Of a stretch of 29,205 nt of DNA, positions 1 through 8,880 are shown in pieces. Under the pieces are notes generated by a model. That model made no database searches. It saw only the letters and a program-made list of their open reading frames with translations, and was not told the DNA's origin. Numbering within the stretch: the stretch's first letter is position 1; the number at the start of each line of letters is the position of its first letter. The translations under genes were made by a program, and so were the position numbers. Origin of the DNA: a bacterium (GTDB taxonomy: Bacteria > Krumholzibacteriota > Krumholzibacteriia > LZORAL124-64-63); the NCBI GenBank assembly GCA_003353795.1, contig PIVY01000046.1, forward strand, positions 1 through 29,205, read 5' to 3'.

Positions 1-2457
1 GCGAGAGCCAGGGCGAGATAGAGAGCGTACGCCCAGCCGGTCCGGTACCACGGCGGCAGGATCCTGATGGCGAGCACCCTCGGCTCGGGATTCCAGAGGC
101 CGTCGGCGTTGCTGCCCTGGACCTCGAATCCATAGACGCCCGGCGAGAGGTTGGTGTAGAACGCGCGGTGTTCGGCGCCCGGATCGCGCCAGGCATCGTT
201 CACGCCGGTGAGGCGGTAGCGATAGCGATTGCGCTCGGGGCGGGCGAAGTGGAGGGCGGCGAAGCTGAGGGTCAGGTCGTTCTGGTCGTGGTGCAGGATC
301 ACCTCGTCGGCCTGTTCCACGGGGACTTTGAGTGGCGAACCGTCGCCGGGTCGCAGCGGCACGTCCGCCACACGCAACTCGGTGACCACCACCGGCGGCA
401 CGAACTCGGAATCGCGGACCTCGGCCGGATCGAAGGTGACCAGACCGCGGGGGCCGCCGAGGTAGAGGCGGCCGTCGCGGCCCCGCCACTGCGCGGTATG
501 GGCCTCGTTGGTGGGCAGGCCGTCGCGCTCGTCGTAGGTCTTGATCTCCCCGGTCGTGGGGTCGAAGCGGACGAAGCCGCGGCCGGTGGAGAGCCAGAGG
601 CGGCCGGCGCCGTCCTCGAGCACGGACGCCACCATGTCGTTGGGTAGCCCGTCGTGGGAGGTCACCGTGCGGATCACCTGACCGTCCGGGTCTAGCTGGA
701 GCAGGCCGGCGACGGCGCCGAGCCAGAGGTTGCCCTGACGGTCCTCGGTCAGGACCTGGGGCGTGGTCAGGCCACGGTCGGGGTCGAAGCGGGGCGAGAA
801 TCCGTCAGTGGCCGCGTCGTACAGGGCGAGCCCGCGAGTATCGAGTCCGACCCACATCCGGTCGCGGCGGTCGCGATACACGAGGATCGGATTCATCTGG
901 GGCAGGCTCGTGGGATCGTCGGGGTCGGGAACGTAGTGGCGCAGGGCGCCGGTCCGACGACCGAGTACGAAGAGGCCGCGGCCGTAGGTCCCGATCCAGA
1001 TGTCGCCGGAGGGCCCGACGGCCAGGTCCTGGATGCTGCCGTCGTGCAGCGGCGCACCGGTGGCGGCCGCCGCCGCGGTGCGCCGGGGTTGCCATTGGCC
1101 CCGAGGGAGTTGCCACAGCCCGCGGTCCGTGCCGATCCAGAGGGTGCCGTCGGGGTCCTCGGTGAAGGCGAACACGGCCGCCGGCTGCAACGGGTCGTCC
1201 GTCGGGAAGGAATGCCGCTGGAAGTCGGTCTGGCCCGGCTGGCGGCTGTTGAGTCCGCCTCGGCTGAGGCCCCCGCTGCGGTCGCCGGTCCCCACCCAGA
1301 GCACGCCGCGGGAGTCCTCGAACACCGCTTGCACGGTTTCGAAATCCAGGGATCCGGGATCGTCGGGATCGTGTCCCACGGCCTCGAAGCGGCGTGCCAG
1401 CGGATCGAGCTTGTTGAGCCCCGCGTGCCAGGTGCCGCCCCAGACGATACCGGCACTGTCGCAACGAATGCTCAGGACGGGTCCGCGAAGGGGCGAGTCC
1501 TCACGCGTCGGGTCGTGGGTGAAGTGGTGGAAGGTGCCGGTGTCCGGCTCGAATCGATAGAGGCCCACGGCGGCGCCGATCCAGAGATCGCCCGCCTCGT
1601 CGTGATCGGCGCTGACGAGGTAGTTGGCCATGTCCAGGCGGTCGGCAGGAATGGGGATGGCCGTGGTGAATCGGTCGGACGCCGGATCCCACAGGCCGAG
1701 GCCCTGACGGGTGGTGACCCAGAGGCGTCCCTGGTCGTCGGTGTGCACGTTGGTGACGTTGTCCGAGGGCAGACTGCCGGGATCGGCGGGATCGTGACGC
1801 AGGTGGTGCCAGCGATCACTGCCCGCGGGCCGGTAGGCGACGCCGGCACTCTCGCTGGCGGCCCACAGGCGACCGGCCCTGTCCACCATCACGCTGCTCA
1901 ATGAGCCCGCCGGCGGGCCGGCCTCCACGGCTCCCTCGGTGACTGCGGACAGCCGCTGCACCGAGCCATCGCGCGGGTCGACCCCGGCCAGGCCGCCCTC
2001 GCCCAGTGCGCCCCAGACGATTCCGTCGCGGTCCTGACAGATGCTCGAAACGTGCAGACCGCCCAGTTGCCGATCGGGAGCCGACCCTGGGCCCCACTGC
2101 TCGAAGGTGCCGTTCACCAGATCGAGACGCCACATTCCCTTGACGAAGGTGCCGATCCAGAGGTCGCCGTCGCGGTCCTCCAGCAGCGCGATGGAGGCGA
2201 GATTGGTGGGGGCGCCGGTCTCGGGATGAGGCGGCCCGAACGGAACCATGGCGTGACCGTCGAAGCGGACCAGGCCATTGTGCGTGCCGAACCAAAGGAA
2301 GCCGAGTCGATCCTGGATGATGGCCCGGACCGAGTTGTCCGGCAGGCCGTCATTCACGGTCAGGCGCTCGAACGAGGGCGCCGTCTGCCCTCCGACACCT
2401 GAGGGCACGACGACGCAGAGGAGAAGAACCAGACTGATGCTTCGAATCGTGGGCAAT
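1..2457 (-). CDS. Periplasmic sensor protein: two-component-regulator propeller repeats plus Y_Y_Y domain plus a TM helix (N-terminal part only; C-terminal output domains lie beyond the window start). Start codon uncertain: TTG at 2457, or in-frame ATG at 2565.
   Basis: Not in the ORF track because no stop lies in the window. My minus-strand translation gives a signal peptide (LPTIRSISLVLLLCVVVPSGVGG). It is followed by more than 10 Reg_prop-type repeats (DRLGFLWFGTHNGLVRFDG, DRDGDLWIGTFVKGMWRLD, DGTLWIGTDRGLWQL, GRLWLSTGRGFVRFD). A Y_Y_Y domain follows (RYRYRLTGVNDAWRDPGAEHRAFYTNLSPGVYGFEVQG). A hydrophobic helix (WYRTGWAYALYLALALA) lies at the window edge. The antisense ORFs 168..647+ and 936..1904+ are shadows. 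Confidence 0.8.
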
Positions 2458-2563
2458 GTCCGTTCCTCGTGACGGGACTCGAGGCCAGGGCGGCGTTCAT
2501 GATACACGGGTCCCGGCTCGAAACGCCAGCGTCGGTGCGTATTGCCGTGACGCGGGGGTTCCA

Positions 2564-2592
2564 TTGACAGGCGCCAGGCCCGCCCATAGCAT
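2564..2592 (+). promoter_or_regulatory. Putative sigma70-type promoter for the PAS histidine kinase gene (TTGACA -17 nt- TAGCAT)
   Basis: TTGACA at 2564-2569, 17-nt spacer, TAGCAT at 2587-2592. GGAGG lies 8 nt upstream of the ATG at 2657. This is the divergent intergenic region shared with the propeller-sensor gene. Confidence 0.35.
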
Positions 2593-2656
2593 GCTGGAAT
2601 CAATTCCCAACAGGCCGGCCGCGCCCAGTGCTTGCCCGTGAACGGAGGCCCCGCCC

Positions 2657-4558
2657 ATGATGGATCGCGGAACCGGACCGGGCGATCCCGAACCCCGGGA
2701 CATCGGCCACGATATCTTCCAGGCCATGTTCGAGGCTTCGCCCCACGGCGTTTTCGTCTCCGATCGTGACGGACGCTATCTCCTGGTGAACGAAGCGGGG
2801 CGCCGGATCACGGGGTACTCCCACCAGGAACTCCTATCTCGTGGCATCCGTGACATGATACCCGAGGACGCCGCCCAGCTCGCCGCCGAGCACTTCGAGC
2901 GCGTCGTGGACACCGGACGCTCCTCGGGTGAGTTGCCGTTTCTGCGCCGCGACGGCACCCGCGGCTGGGTCTCCGTGGAAGCCGTTCGGATCTCGCCCGA
3001 CCGCATGCTCGGATTCGTCACCGACGTGACAGCGCGGCATGCCTTGCGTGAGAAGCTCGAGCTCAACGAGAATCGCCTGGCACGCGCCCAGGACATCGCC
3101 AAGGTGGGTTGGTTCGAGTTCGATCTCGCCGCCGGCACCGTGCGGGCGTCGAGCCAGGCCCGGACGATCTACGGTCTGGATACCGATCGCGAGTTCACCG
3201 TCGCCGAAGCGCAGCAGATTCCGTTGCCCGAGTACCGCTCGAACCTCGACCAGGCCCTCGCCGATCTGATCCGGCACGGCCGACCCTACGACGTCACCTT
3301 CCGCGTCCACCGCGTGTCCGACGGCAAGGAGGCCACCATCCATTCGGTGGCCGAGTACGATCGCGACCGGAACGTCGTGTTCGGCATGATCCAGGACATC
3401 AGCGAGGTCCGCGAACTGGAGGACATGCTGCGCCAGGCTCAGAAGATGGAAGCAGTCGGACGCCTGGCCGGAGGCGTGGCCCACGATTTCAACAACCTGC
3501 TCACACCGATCATCGGCTTCGCGGAGATGCTCCGGGACGGACTCGATGAGGACGATGAACGATTCAGCGACGTGGTCACCATTCTGCGCGCCGCCGAACG
3601 GGCGCGAGATCTCACGGCGCAGTTGCTGGCCTTCGGGCGCAAGCAGCTCCTGGACATGCAGGTGATCGACGTCAACGCGGTCATCGTCGAGAGCGAACCC
3701 ATGTTGAGGCGACTGCTACGGGAGAACGTTCGCCTCGATCTGAATCTCTCGGCGGCACTGGGCGCCGTGCAGGCCGACGTGTCGCAGCTGAACACGGTCA
3801 TGATCAACCTGGCGGTCAATGCGGCCGACGCCATGCCCGACGGCGGCGTCCTGCGGATCGAGACTCACGATGTGGAACTGGACGACGAGTACGCCCAGGC
3901 GCACCCCGGCAGTCGCCCGGGCCGGCACGTGATGGTGGCCGTGAGCGACGACGGTGCCGGCATGGACGTGGAGACCCTGGCCATGATCTTCGAGCCCTTC
4001 TTCACCACCAAGGGCGCCGATCAGGGCACGGGACTCGGGCTGGCCACCGTGCACGGTATCGTCAAGCAGCACGGCGGCAGCATCTGGGTCTACAGCGAGC
4101 CGGGCCGGGGCACGACGTTCAAGGTCTACCTGCCCATGGTCGCCGCCGAACCGGCGGCCGTGGAGATCGCGGCGGTTCCGATCCAGTTGCGGGGCGACGA
4201 GCGGATCCTGCTCGTGGAAGACGACGAATCGGTGCGCGCGCTCACCGAGGTGGTGCTTCAGCGCTACGGATACGAGGTGGTGGCGATGGGATCTCCCGCG
4301 GGCGCCGTGGAGTTGCTCACGGGCGACGTGAAGCCGTTCGACCTTCTGCTCACCGACGTGGTCATGCCCGGAATGAACGGCGTCCAGCTGCATCGGACAT
4401 TGCAGGGGGTCTGGCCGGATCTGCCGGCCATCTTCATGTCCGGCTACACCGACAACGTGGTGGCACACCACGGCATCCTGAGCCAAGGGCTGCACTTCAT
4501 CCAGAAGCCGTTCATGCCGACGGATCTGGTCCGCTGCGTCCGCGAGGTTCTCGACTAG
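2657..4558 (+). CDS. Hybrid sensor histidine kinase/response regulator with two PAS domains (PAS-PAS-HisKA-HATPase_c-REC)
   Basis: 633 aa. H-box GGVAHDFNNLLTPI. G-box GTGLGLATVHGIVKQHGGSIWVYSEPGRGTTFKVYLP. C-terminal receiver RILLVEDDESVR...LLLTDVVMPGMNG...IFMSGYTD. GC3-rich codons throughout. Confidence 0.92.
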   Translation: MMDRGTGPGDPEPRDIGHDIFQAMFEASPHGVFVSDRDGRYLLVNEAGRRITGYSHQELLSRGIRDMIPEDAAQLAAEHFERVVDTGRSSGELPFLRRDGTRGWVSVEAVRISPDRMLGFVTDVTARHALREKLELNENRLARAQDIAKVGWFEFDLAAGTVRASSQARTIYGLDTDREFTVAEAQQIPLPEYRSNLDQALADLIRHGRPYDVTFRVHRVSDGKEATIHSVAEYDRDRNVVFGMIQDISEVRELEDMLRQAQKMEAVGRLAGGVAHDFNNLLTPIIGFAEMLRDGLDEDDERFSDVVTILRAAERARDLTAQLLAFGRKQLLDMQVIDVNAVIVESEPMLRRLLRENVRLDLNLSAALGAVQADVSQLNTVMINLAVNAADAMPDGGVLRIETHDVELDDEYAQAHPGSRPGRHVMVAVSDDGAGMDVETLAMIFEPFFTTKGADQGTGLGLATVHGIVKQHGGSIWVYSEPGRGTTFKVYLPMVAAEPAAVEIAAVPIQLRGDERILLVEDDESVRALTEVVLQRYGYEVVAMGSPAGAVELLTGDVKPFDLLLTDVVMPGMNGVQLHRTLQGVWPDLPAIFMSGYTDNVVAHHGILSQGLHFIQKPFMPTDLVRCVREVLD

Positions 4559-4562
4559 AAGG

Positions 4563-4586
4563 GCAAGGCCCCGCCGGCGGCCTTGC
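4563..4586. terminator. GC-rich hairpin between the convergent HK and uspA genes (possible bidirectional terminator; no strong U tract)
   Basis: gCAAGGCC-ccgccggc-GGCCTTGc, an 8-bp stem. It sits in the 49-bp gap between the stop at 4558 (+) and the stop at 4608 (-). Confidence 0.3.
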
Positions 4587-4607
4587 GCGCGAAACCCATG
4601 ACGTCGA

Positions 4608-5120
4608 TCAGACGTCGAGGCTGAGCGCCTGCTTGCCATCGGGAACCTGGCACACCAGCACCGGTACCGGCGAGCGCTGCAGGACACGCTCTGCGGTGCT
4701 GCCCATGAGCCGCTCGATCAGCGAAGATTCGGCGTGGGCGCCCATGACCACCAGGTCGGCGTTGAGGCTGGTGACGTGACTGATGATCTGCTTGTGAGCA
4801 TGCCCCTCGGCCACGATGATCTTGGTGACCACGTCGGTCCAGTCCTCGTCGCCGAGCTCGCGCACGCAGAACTCGGCGATGCGTCTGGGGATACGAGCCA
4901 GCTGCTCGTCCTCCTGCTCGTCCATGATGTGCTCGATGACGCCTTCACCGGCCCAGCCGTCGATGACCTGCCTCTGGAGCTGGTTGGGGGCATCCACCAC
5001 GTGCAACACGTGCAATTCGGAATCGAACTTCTTGGCCAGGGCGTACGCGTAACGGAACACGTAGGCCGTGTTGGGGCCCAGCTGAGTGCAGTAGAGGATG
5101 CGTTCGAACTTCGGTAACAT
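4608..5120 (-). CDS. uspA: Universal stress protein (UspA family)
   Basis: 170 aa. It has the UspA-like LHVLHVVD...ADLVVMGAHAESSLIERLMGSTAERVLQRSPVPVLV motifs. A GGGAGG SD lies 4 nt upstream and overlaps the 3' end of the permease gene (stop at 5134), consistent with translational coupling. Confidence 0.9.
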   Translation of the reverse strand: MLPKFERILYCTQLGPNTAYVFRYAYALAKKFDSELHVLHVVDAPNQLQRQVIDGWAGEGVIEHIMDEQEDEQLARIPRRIAEFCVRELGDEDWTDVVTKIIVAEGHAHKQIISHVTSLNADLVVMGAHAESSLIERLMGSTAERVLQRSPVPVLVCQVPDGKQALSLDV

Positions 5121-5133
5121 CGTGTCCTCCCTC

Positions 5134-7560
5134 TCAGGCGGCGGCGAGCCGCTGTTCGTCGCGGCGGTTGCGGAGTTTCTGGCTTCCGTAGACCGCTGCG
5201 ACCAGGACGATACCCAGGGCGTCGGTGATGAAGCCGGGCCAGAAAAGTAAGACCGTGGCCGCGGCGAGCAACAACCATTCGGCCCAGTTGGTTTCCCGGA
5301 TCAGATAGAGCATGGTCAGCGCCGAGAAGGCCATGGTGCCGAGGAAGGCCGAGAAGAGTGACTGGAACGACATCAGTGGCGTGGCGCTGGTCTCGGCGAC
5401 CACCCGGCCGGAGTCGATGAAGGTGCCACCGGAAACGGTCAGATTCTTGATGACGCCGTCGCGGTTCGCGGTGATGTCCTTGAACTCCTCGCCGTCCATC
5501 ACCGTGGCGATGCGGTCGCCTTCCTTGACGCTCGCGCCGGGCGCCACATGGACCTCGGTGACCATGGCCCCCATGATCTCGTCCTGGAACGTGGGTGCCA
5601 ATAACGGCTGGCCCTCGAAGAGGATCGCCGGGGTGAAGGCGAACAGGATGGGCATCACGTAGAGCAGCTTGGCGAACTTGAATGCCGTCCAGCCGGTCTT
5701 CCAGGGATCGCTGCCCGCGATGGCGGCGCCGGCGTACGCGGCCACGCAGACCGGTGGGGTGATGTTGGAGTCCTGGCTGAACCAGTAGACGATCATGTGC
5801 GCGGCGATGAGCACCACGCCCATTTCCATGAGCGGCGGCACGGCCAGGACGGCGGTGATCAGGTAGGCTGCCGTCACCGGTACGCCCATGCCCAGCACCA
5901 GCGAGGCCAGGCCCACCAGCAGGATCGCCGGCAGCAGGTGTCCGCCGGCCAGCGAGATGATGATGTCGGAGAACTTGAGGCCGATGCCGGTGAGCGAAAT
6001 GGTGCCCACGATGATGCCGATCACGCCGAGGGTGGCGCCGATGATGAGCGTATTGCGGGCGCCGGTCTGGATGGCTTCCCAGATCTCCCTGGGACCCATG
6101 CGGGTCTCCTTCTTGACCCAGCTCACGGCGATGCACGAGAGCGTGGCCCAGAAGGCGCTGTAGCCGGGCGACTTGCCATTGATCATGAGCACCGTGATGA
6201 TCACCAGCGGCATGACGAAGTACCACTGCTCCTTGAGGACCGCGGTCCAGTGCGGCGCGTCGGGATCCTGGATCCCCTCGATCTTGTGCTTCTTGGCCTC
6301 GAAATGGATCATGCAGAAGACCGAGAAGAAGTAGAGCAGAGCCGGACCGATGGCGATGAGCATGATGTGGGAATAGGGCGTCTCGGTGAGTTCGGCCATG
6401 AGGAAGCCGCCCGCGCCCATGATCGGTGGCATGAACATGCCGCCGATGGAGGCCGAGGGCTCGATGGCGCCGGCCACGTGGGGGCGGAATCCCGCCCGTT
6501 TCATGAGCGGGATGGTGAAGGCGCCGGTGGAGACCGTGTTGGCGATGGCCGAACCGGACACCGAGCCGAAGAGCGCCGAGGCCATGACCGCGACCTTGGC
6601 CGGGCCGCCGGTGGTCTTGCCCGCGAGGGCCATGGGAACGTCGATGAAGAACCGGCCGGCGCCCGATTTCTGCAGGAAGGCGCCAAAGAAGATGAACAGG
6701 ATCACGTAGGTCGCCAGCACGTTGGCCATGACCCCGAACACGCCGTTGGTCGTGAGGTAGAGCGCGGTGCAAAGGCGCTCGACGCCGAAGCCGCGATGGG
6801 AGATGACCTCCGGCATGTAGGGTCCGAAATAGGCGTAGCAGAGCATGCTGATGCCGATGAAGGTCATGGCCCAGCCGAGCACCCGGCGGCAGACCTCGAG
6901 GCTCAGGACGATGCCGACGACGCTCACCAGGGCGTCGAGTTCGTTCTCTGCGCCGGCGCGGTAATTGAGGTTCTCGAACTCGAAGATCCAGTAGGCCACG
7001 ACCCAGGCCGAGATCAAGGCGAGCAGAAGGTCGGAGAAGCTGGGGTACTCGGGGTACTTGCGCTCGGCCCAGCGATCGGCGTAGACGAGAACGGCGCCGA
7101 CGATCACCGCTCCGAGCCCGAGCCACCAGAGGCTCATGGCGTCGGCCAGTCCGGCACCGGCACCCTGCTCTGCCCAGACGCCACTCACCCGGGTCACGCG
7201 GTCATGAAACGTGGTGGCGTCGGGGAAGAAGAACCAGGCGGCCACCGCACTGGTGGTGACCGCGCCCACGAAGAGATTCAACGGGTACCGGAGCCAGTTC
7301 TTGCCCACCGGATAGAGCAGGAAGATCAAGATGAAGGTGATGAACACGTACACGCCGCGGTGGAACTGCGTGGCCACCGACGCCACGCCGGCGGTGTAGA
7401 AGTAGAACACCACCATGGCTCCAGCGAGACCGGCAATCAGGGCGTGCCACAATCCCTTGGGGGTGCGGGTGGTCTTGTTGTCCTTCTCGATGATCTGTTC
7501 GAGCTTCTTCTTGTCACCCGAGGACCCTGGTTCCGGGGCGGAAATGTCGCTGCTGGCCAT
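5134..7560 (-). CDS. TRAP transporter fused permease (TAXI-type 4TM/12TM fusion, DctQM-like), with a C-terminal soluble beta-rich insert
   Basis: 808 aa and highly hydrophobic multi-TM. GGAGA SD 5 nt upstream. The off-frame 802-aa ORF 4718..7126- is Arg/Pro-rich junk. Residues ~668-725 (TEVHVAPGASVKEGDRIATVMDGEEFKDITANRDGVIKNLTVSGGTFIDSGRVVAE) look like a biotinyl/lipoyl-type hammerhead barrel. Confidence 0.9.
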   Translation of the reverse strand: MASSDISAPEPGSSGDKKKLEQIIEKDNKTTRTPKGLWHALIAGLAGAMVVFYFYTAGVASVATQFHRGVYVFITFILIFLLYPVGKNWLRYPLNLFVGAVTTSAVAAWFFFPDATTFHDRVTRVSGVWAEQGAGAGLADAMSLWWLGLGAVIVGAVLVYADRWAERKYPEYPSFSDLLLALISAWVVAYWIFEFENLNYRAGAENELDALVSVVGIVLSLEVCRRVLGWAMTFIGISMLCYAYFGPYMPEVISHRGFGVERLCTALYLTTNGVFGVMANVLATYVILFIFFGAFLQKSGAGRFFIDVPMALAGKTTGGPAKVAVMASALFGSVSGSAIANTVSTGAFTIPLMKRAGFRPHVAGAIEPSASIGGMFMPPIMGAGGFLMAELTETPYSHIMLIAIGPALLYFFSVFCMIHFEAKKHKIEGIQDPDAPHWTAVLKEQWYFVMPLVIITVLMINGKSPGYSAFWATLSCIAVSWVKKETRMGPREIWEAIQTGARNTLIIGATLGVIGIIVGTISLTGIGLKFSDIIISLAGGHLLPAILLVGLASLVLGMGVPVTAAYLITAVLAVPPLMEMGVVLIAAHMIVYWFSQDSNITPPVCVAAYAGAAIAGSDPWKTGWTAFKFAKLLYVMPILFAFTPAILFEGQPLLAPTFQDEIMGAMVTEVHVAPGASVKEGDRIATVMDGEEFKDITANRDGVIKNLTVSGGTFIDSGRVVAETSATPLMSFQSLFSAFLGTMAFSALTMLYLIRETNWAEWLLLAAATVLLFWPGFITDALGIVLVAAVYGSQKLRNRRDEQRLAAA

Positions 7561-7589
7561 GGTGTCTCCGTGGGCTGGCTGGTCGCTTG

Positions 7590-7623
7590 AGTAGAAAACG
7601 AGCGGGGCCCGGGGGCCCCGCTC
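7590..7623 (-). terminator. Intra-operon hairpin/attenuator between the TRAP binding-protein and permease genes
   Basis: Perfect 10-bp stem GAGCGGGGCC-cggg-GGCCCCGCTC at 7600-7623. On the minus strand it is followed by GUUUUCU. It lies between the stop at 7653 and the start at 7560. This arrangement is classically used to over-express the binding protein relative to the permease. Confidence 0.45.
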
Positions 7624-7652
7624 CGGGATCGGCTATGGCTGGATCGTTGGCG

Positions 7653-8639
7653 CTACCGCGCCGCCTGATCGGTGGAGATCACCAGTCCATGACCCTTCCA
7701 GAACGTCTCGGCGCCCTCGTGGACGGGCGTCACGATACCGTCGAGAGCGCCCTCGATGGACATGGCCTTGGCGGTGCTCTTGACCTTCACCATGTAGGCC
7801 ATGCCTTCCTTGGAGAAGACTTCTGCCAGGGCCTGCTCGACCCAGGTGGCGGACACGTGCTTGCCGGCCACCCAGAGGGCGGAGTCCTGGAACGAATGCA
7901 CGTCGTAGTCGACGCCGCTGTAGGTTCCGGCCGGGATGGTCAGCCTGGTGTAGAACGGGTAGGCTTCGAAGAATCCGCCCTCCTCGCCGGCCTCGACCAC
8001 GCTGAGGATCATGATCTTGTTGCTGGCGGCGGCCTGGATCACGGACGAGTTTGGGAAGCCGGCGAACACCCAGAAGGCGTCGATGAGCCCGTCGCCCAGA
8101 GCGGCGGCGGCCTTGCTGTAGCCCAGGAATTCGACCTTCATCTTGTCCCACAGACCCAGCGCGCTGAAGTAGCGCTGCGCAGCACCCGCGGCGCCGGAGC
8201 CCGCGCCACCCACGGCTACGCGCTTGCCGGCCAGGTCGTTGACCGACTCGATACCGCTGCCCTGCAGGACGATGAGGTGAGCAGGCGCTCCATACAGGTA
8301 TGCAAGCGCGTGGACGTTCTCGTACTTGTTGTCGTCCTTGGTCAGGCGCCCGTTGCGCCCGAGGTAGGTGTCGCCGGAGTAGACGATGCCGAAGTCCGCC
8401 TCGCCCGAGTTCACCCGGCGGAGATTCTCGAGGCTACCGGCCGAGGCCATGTTGGAGACCTCGAGGCCGGAGATGTTCTTGGTCAGACGAATGGCGATGC
8501 CGTTGGAGAAGTACTGAAACGTGCCGCCCTCGGGGCCACCGGAGAATGCCAGGCGGTCCTTGGCCAGACCAGCGGTAGGCAGGGCGAGCAGAATGCCGGC
8601 GAAGAGGATGCCGACAGTGAGGAGCCAACGTCGCGTCAT
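7653..8639 (-). CDS. TAXI-family TRAP transporter solute-binding protein
   Basis: I reset the start to the ATG at 8639 (MTRRWLLTVGILFAGILLALPTAGLA signal peptide) with AGGAGA immediately upstream. The track ORF extends 109 codons further upstream with no homology. The body (FSGGPEGGTFQYFSNGIA..., VAVGGAGSGAAGAAQRYFSALG) is typical of TAXI immunogenic-protein-type receptors. Confidence 0.85.
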   Translation of the reverse strand: MTRRWLLTVGILFAGILLALPTAGLAKDRLAFSGGPEGGTFQYFSNGIAIRLTKNISGLEVSNMASAGSLENLRRVNSGEADFGIVYSGDTYLGRNGRLTKDDNKYENVHALAYLYGAPAHLIVLQGSGIESVNDLAGKRVAVGGAGSGAAGAAQRYFSALGLWDKMKVEFLGYSKAAAALGDGLIDAFWVFAGFPNSSVIQAAASNKIMILSVVEAGEEGGFFEAYPFYTRLTIPAGTYSGVDYDVHSFQDSALWVAGKHVSATWVEQALAEVFSKEGMAYMVKVKSTAKAMSIEGALDGIVTPVHEGAETFWKGHGLVISTDQAAR

Positions 8640-8808
8640 GGGGAGTCTCCTTGGCCTTGGTGGAATCGACGAAACGGATGTCCGGATTGTAAAGAATTCA
8701 CCACGCTTTAAAAGGATAATATCACTCCCTGAATGATAAACTCGTAACAAAATTGCACGATCCGTTGACAGCCAGCGCCTGGCGGGCAGGATCGGCGTCA
8801 TCCGGGGG

Positions 8809-8836
8809 TGGACGCAGATTGGAGACGCCGTATAAT
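8809..8836 (+). promoter_or_regulatory. Putative promoter for the peptidase gene (TGGACG -16 nt- TATAAT)
   Basis: Perfect TATAAT at 8831-8836 with a weak -35. It lies in an unusually AT-rich 240-bp divergent intergenic region (8640-8880) that must also hold the TRAP operon promoter on the other strand. Confidence 0.35.
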
Positions 8837-8880
8837 CCCACAGCGCTGGCCCCTCTCTCCCTTCAAAGCCGGGAACCGAG

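Noticed and set aside
168-1904. + strand ORFs 168..647 and 936..1904
   Set aside because: Shadows of the minus-strand propeller/Y_Y_Y sensor gene, which itself is missing from the ORF track because it runs off the window.
4718-7126. 802-aa - strand ORF overlapping the permease
   Set aside because: It is off-frame on the same strand as the real permease (5134..7560). It is Arg/Pro-rich low-complexity sequence, typical of wrong frames in high-GC DNA.
5797-7590. 597-aa + strand ORF (and 7587..8711 +, 374 aa)
   Set aside because: They are antisense shadows of the TRAP permease and binding-protein genes. They are extremely Asp/Gly/His/Arg-rich with no membrane or domain character. The minus-strand frames give coherent TM and binding-protein sequences.
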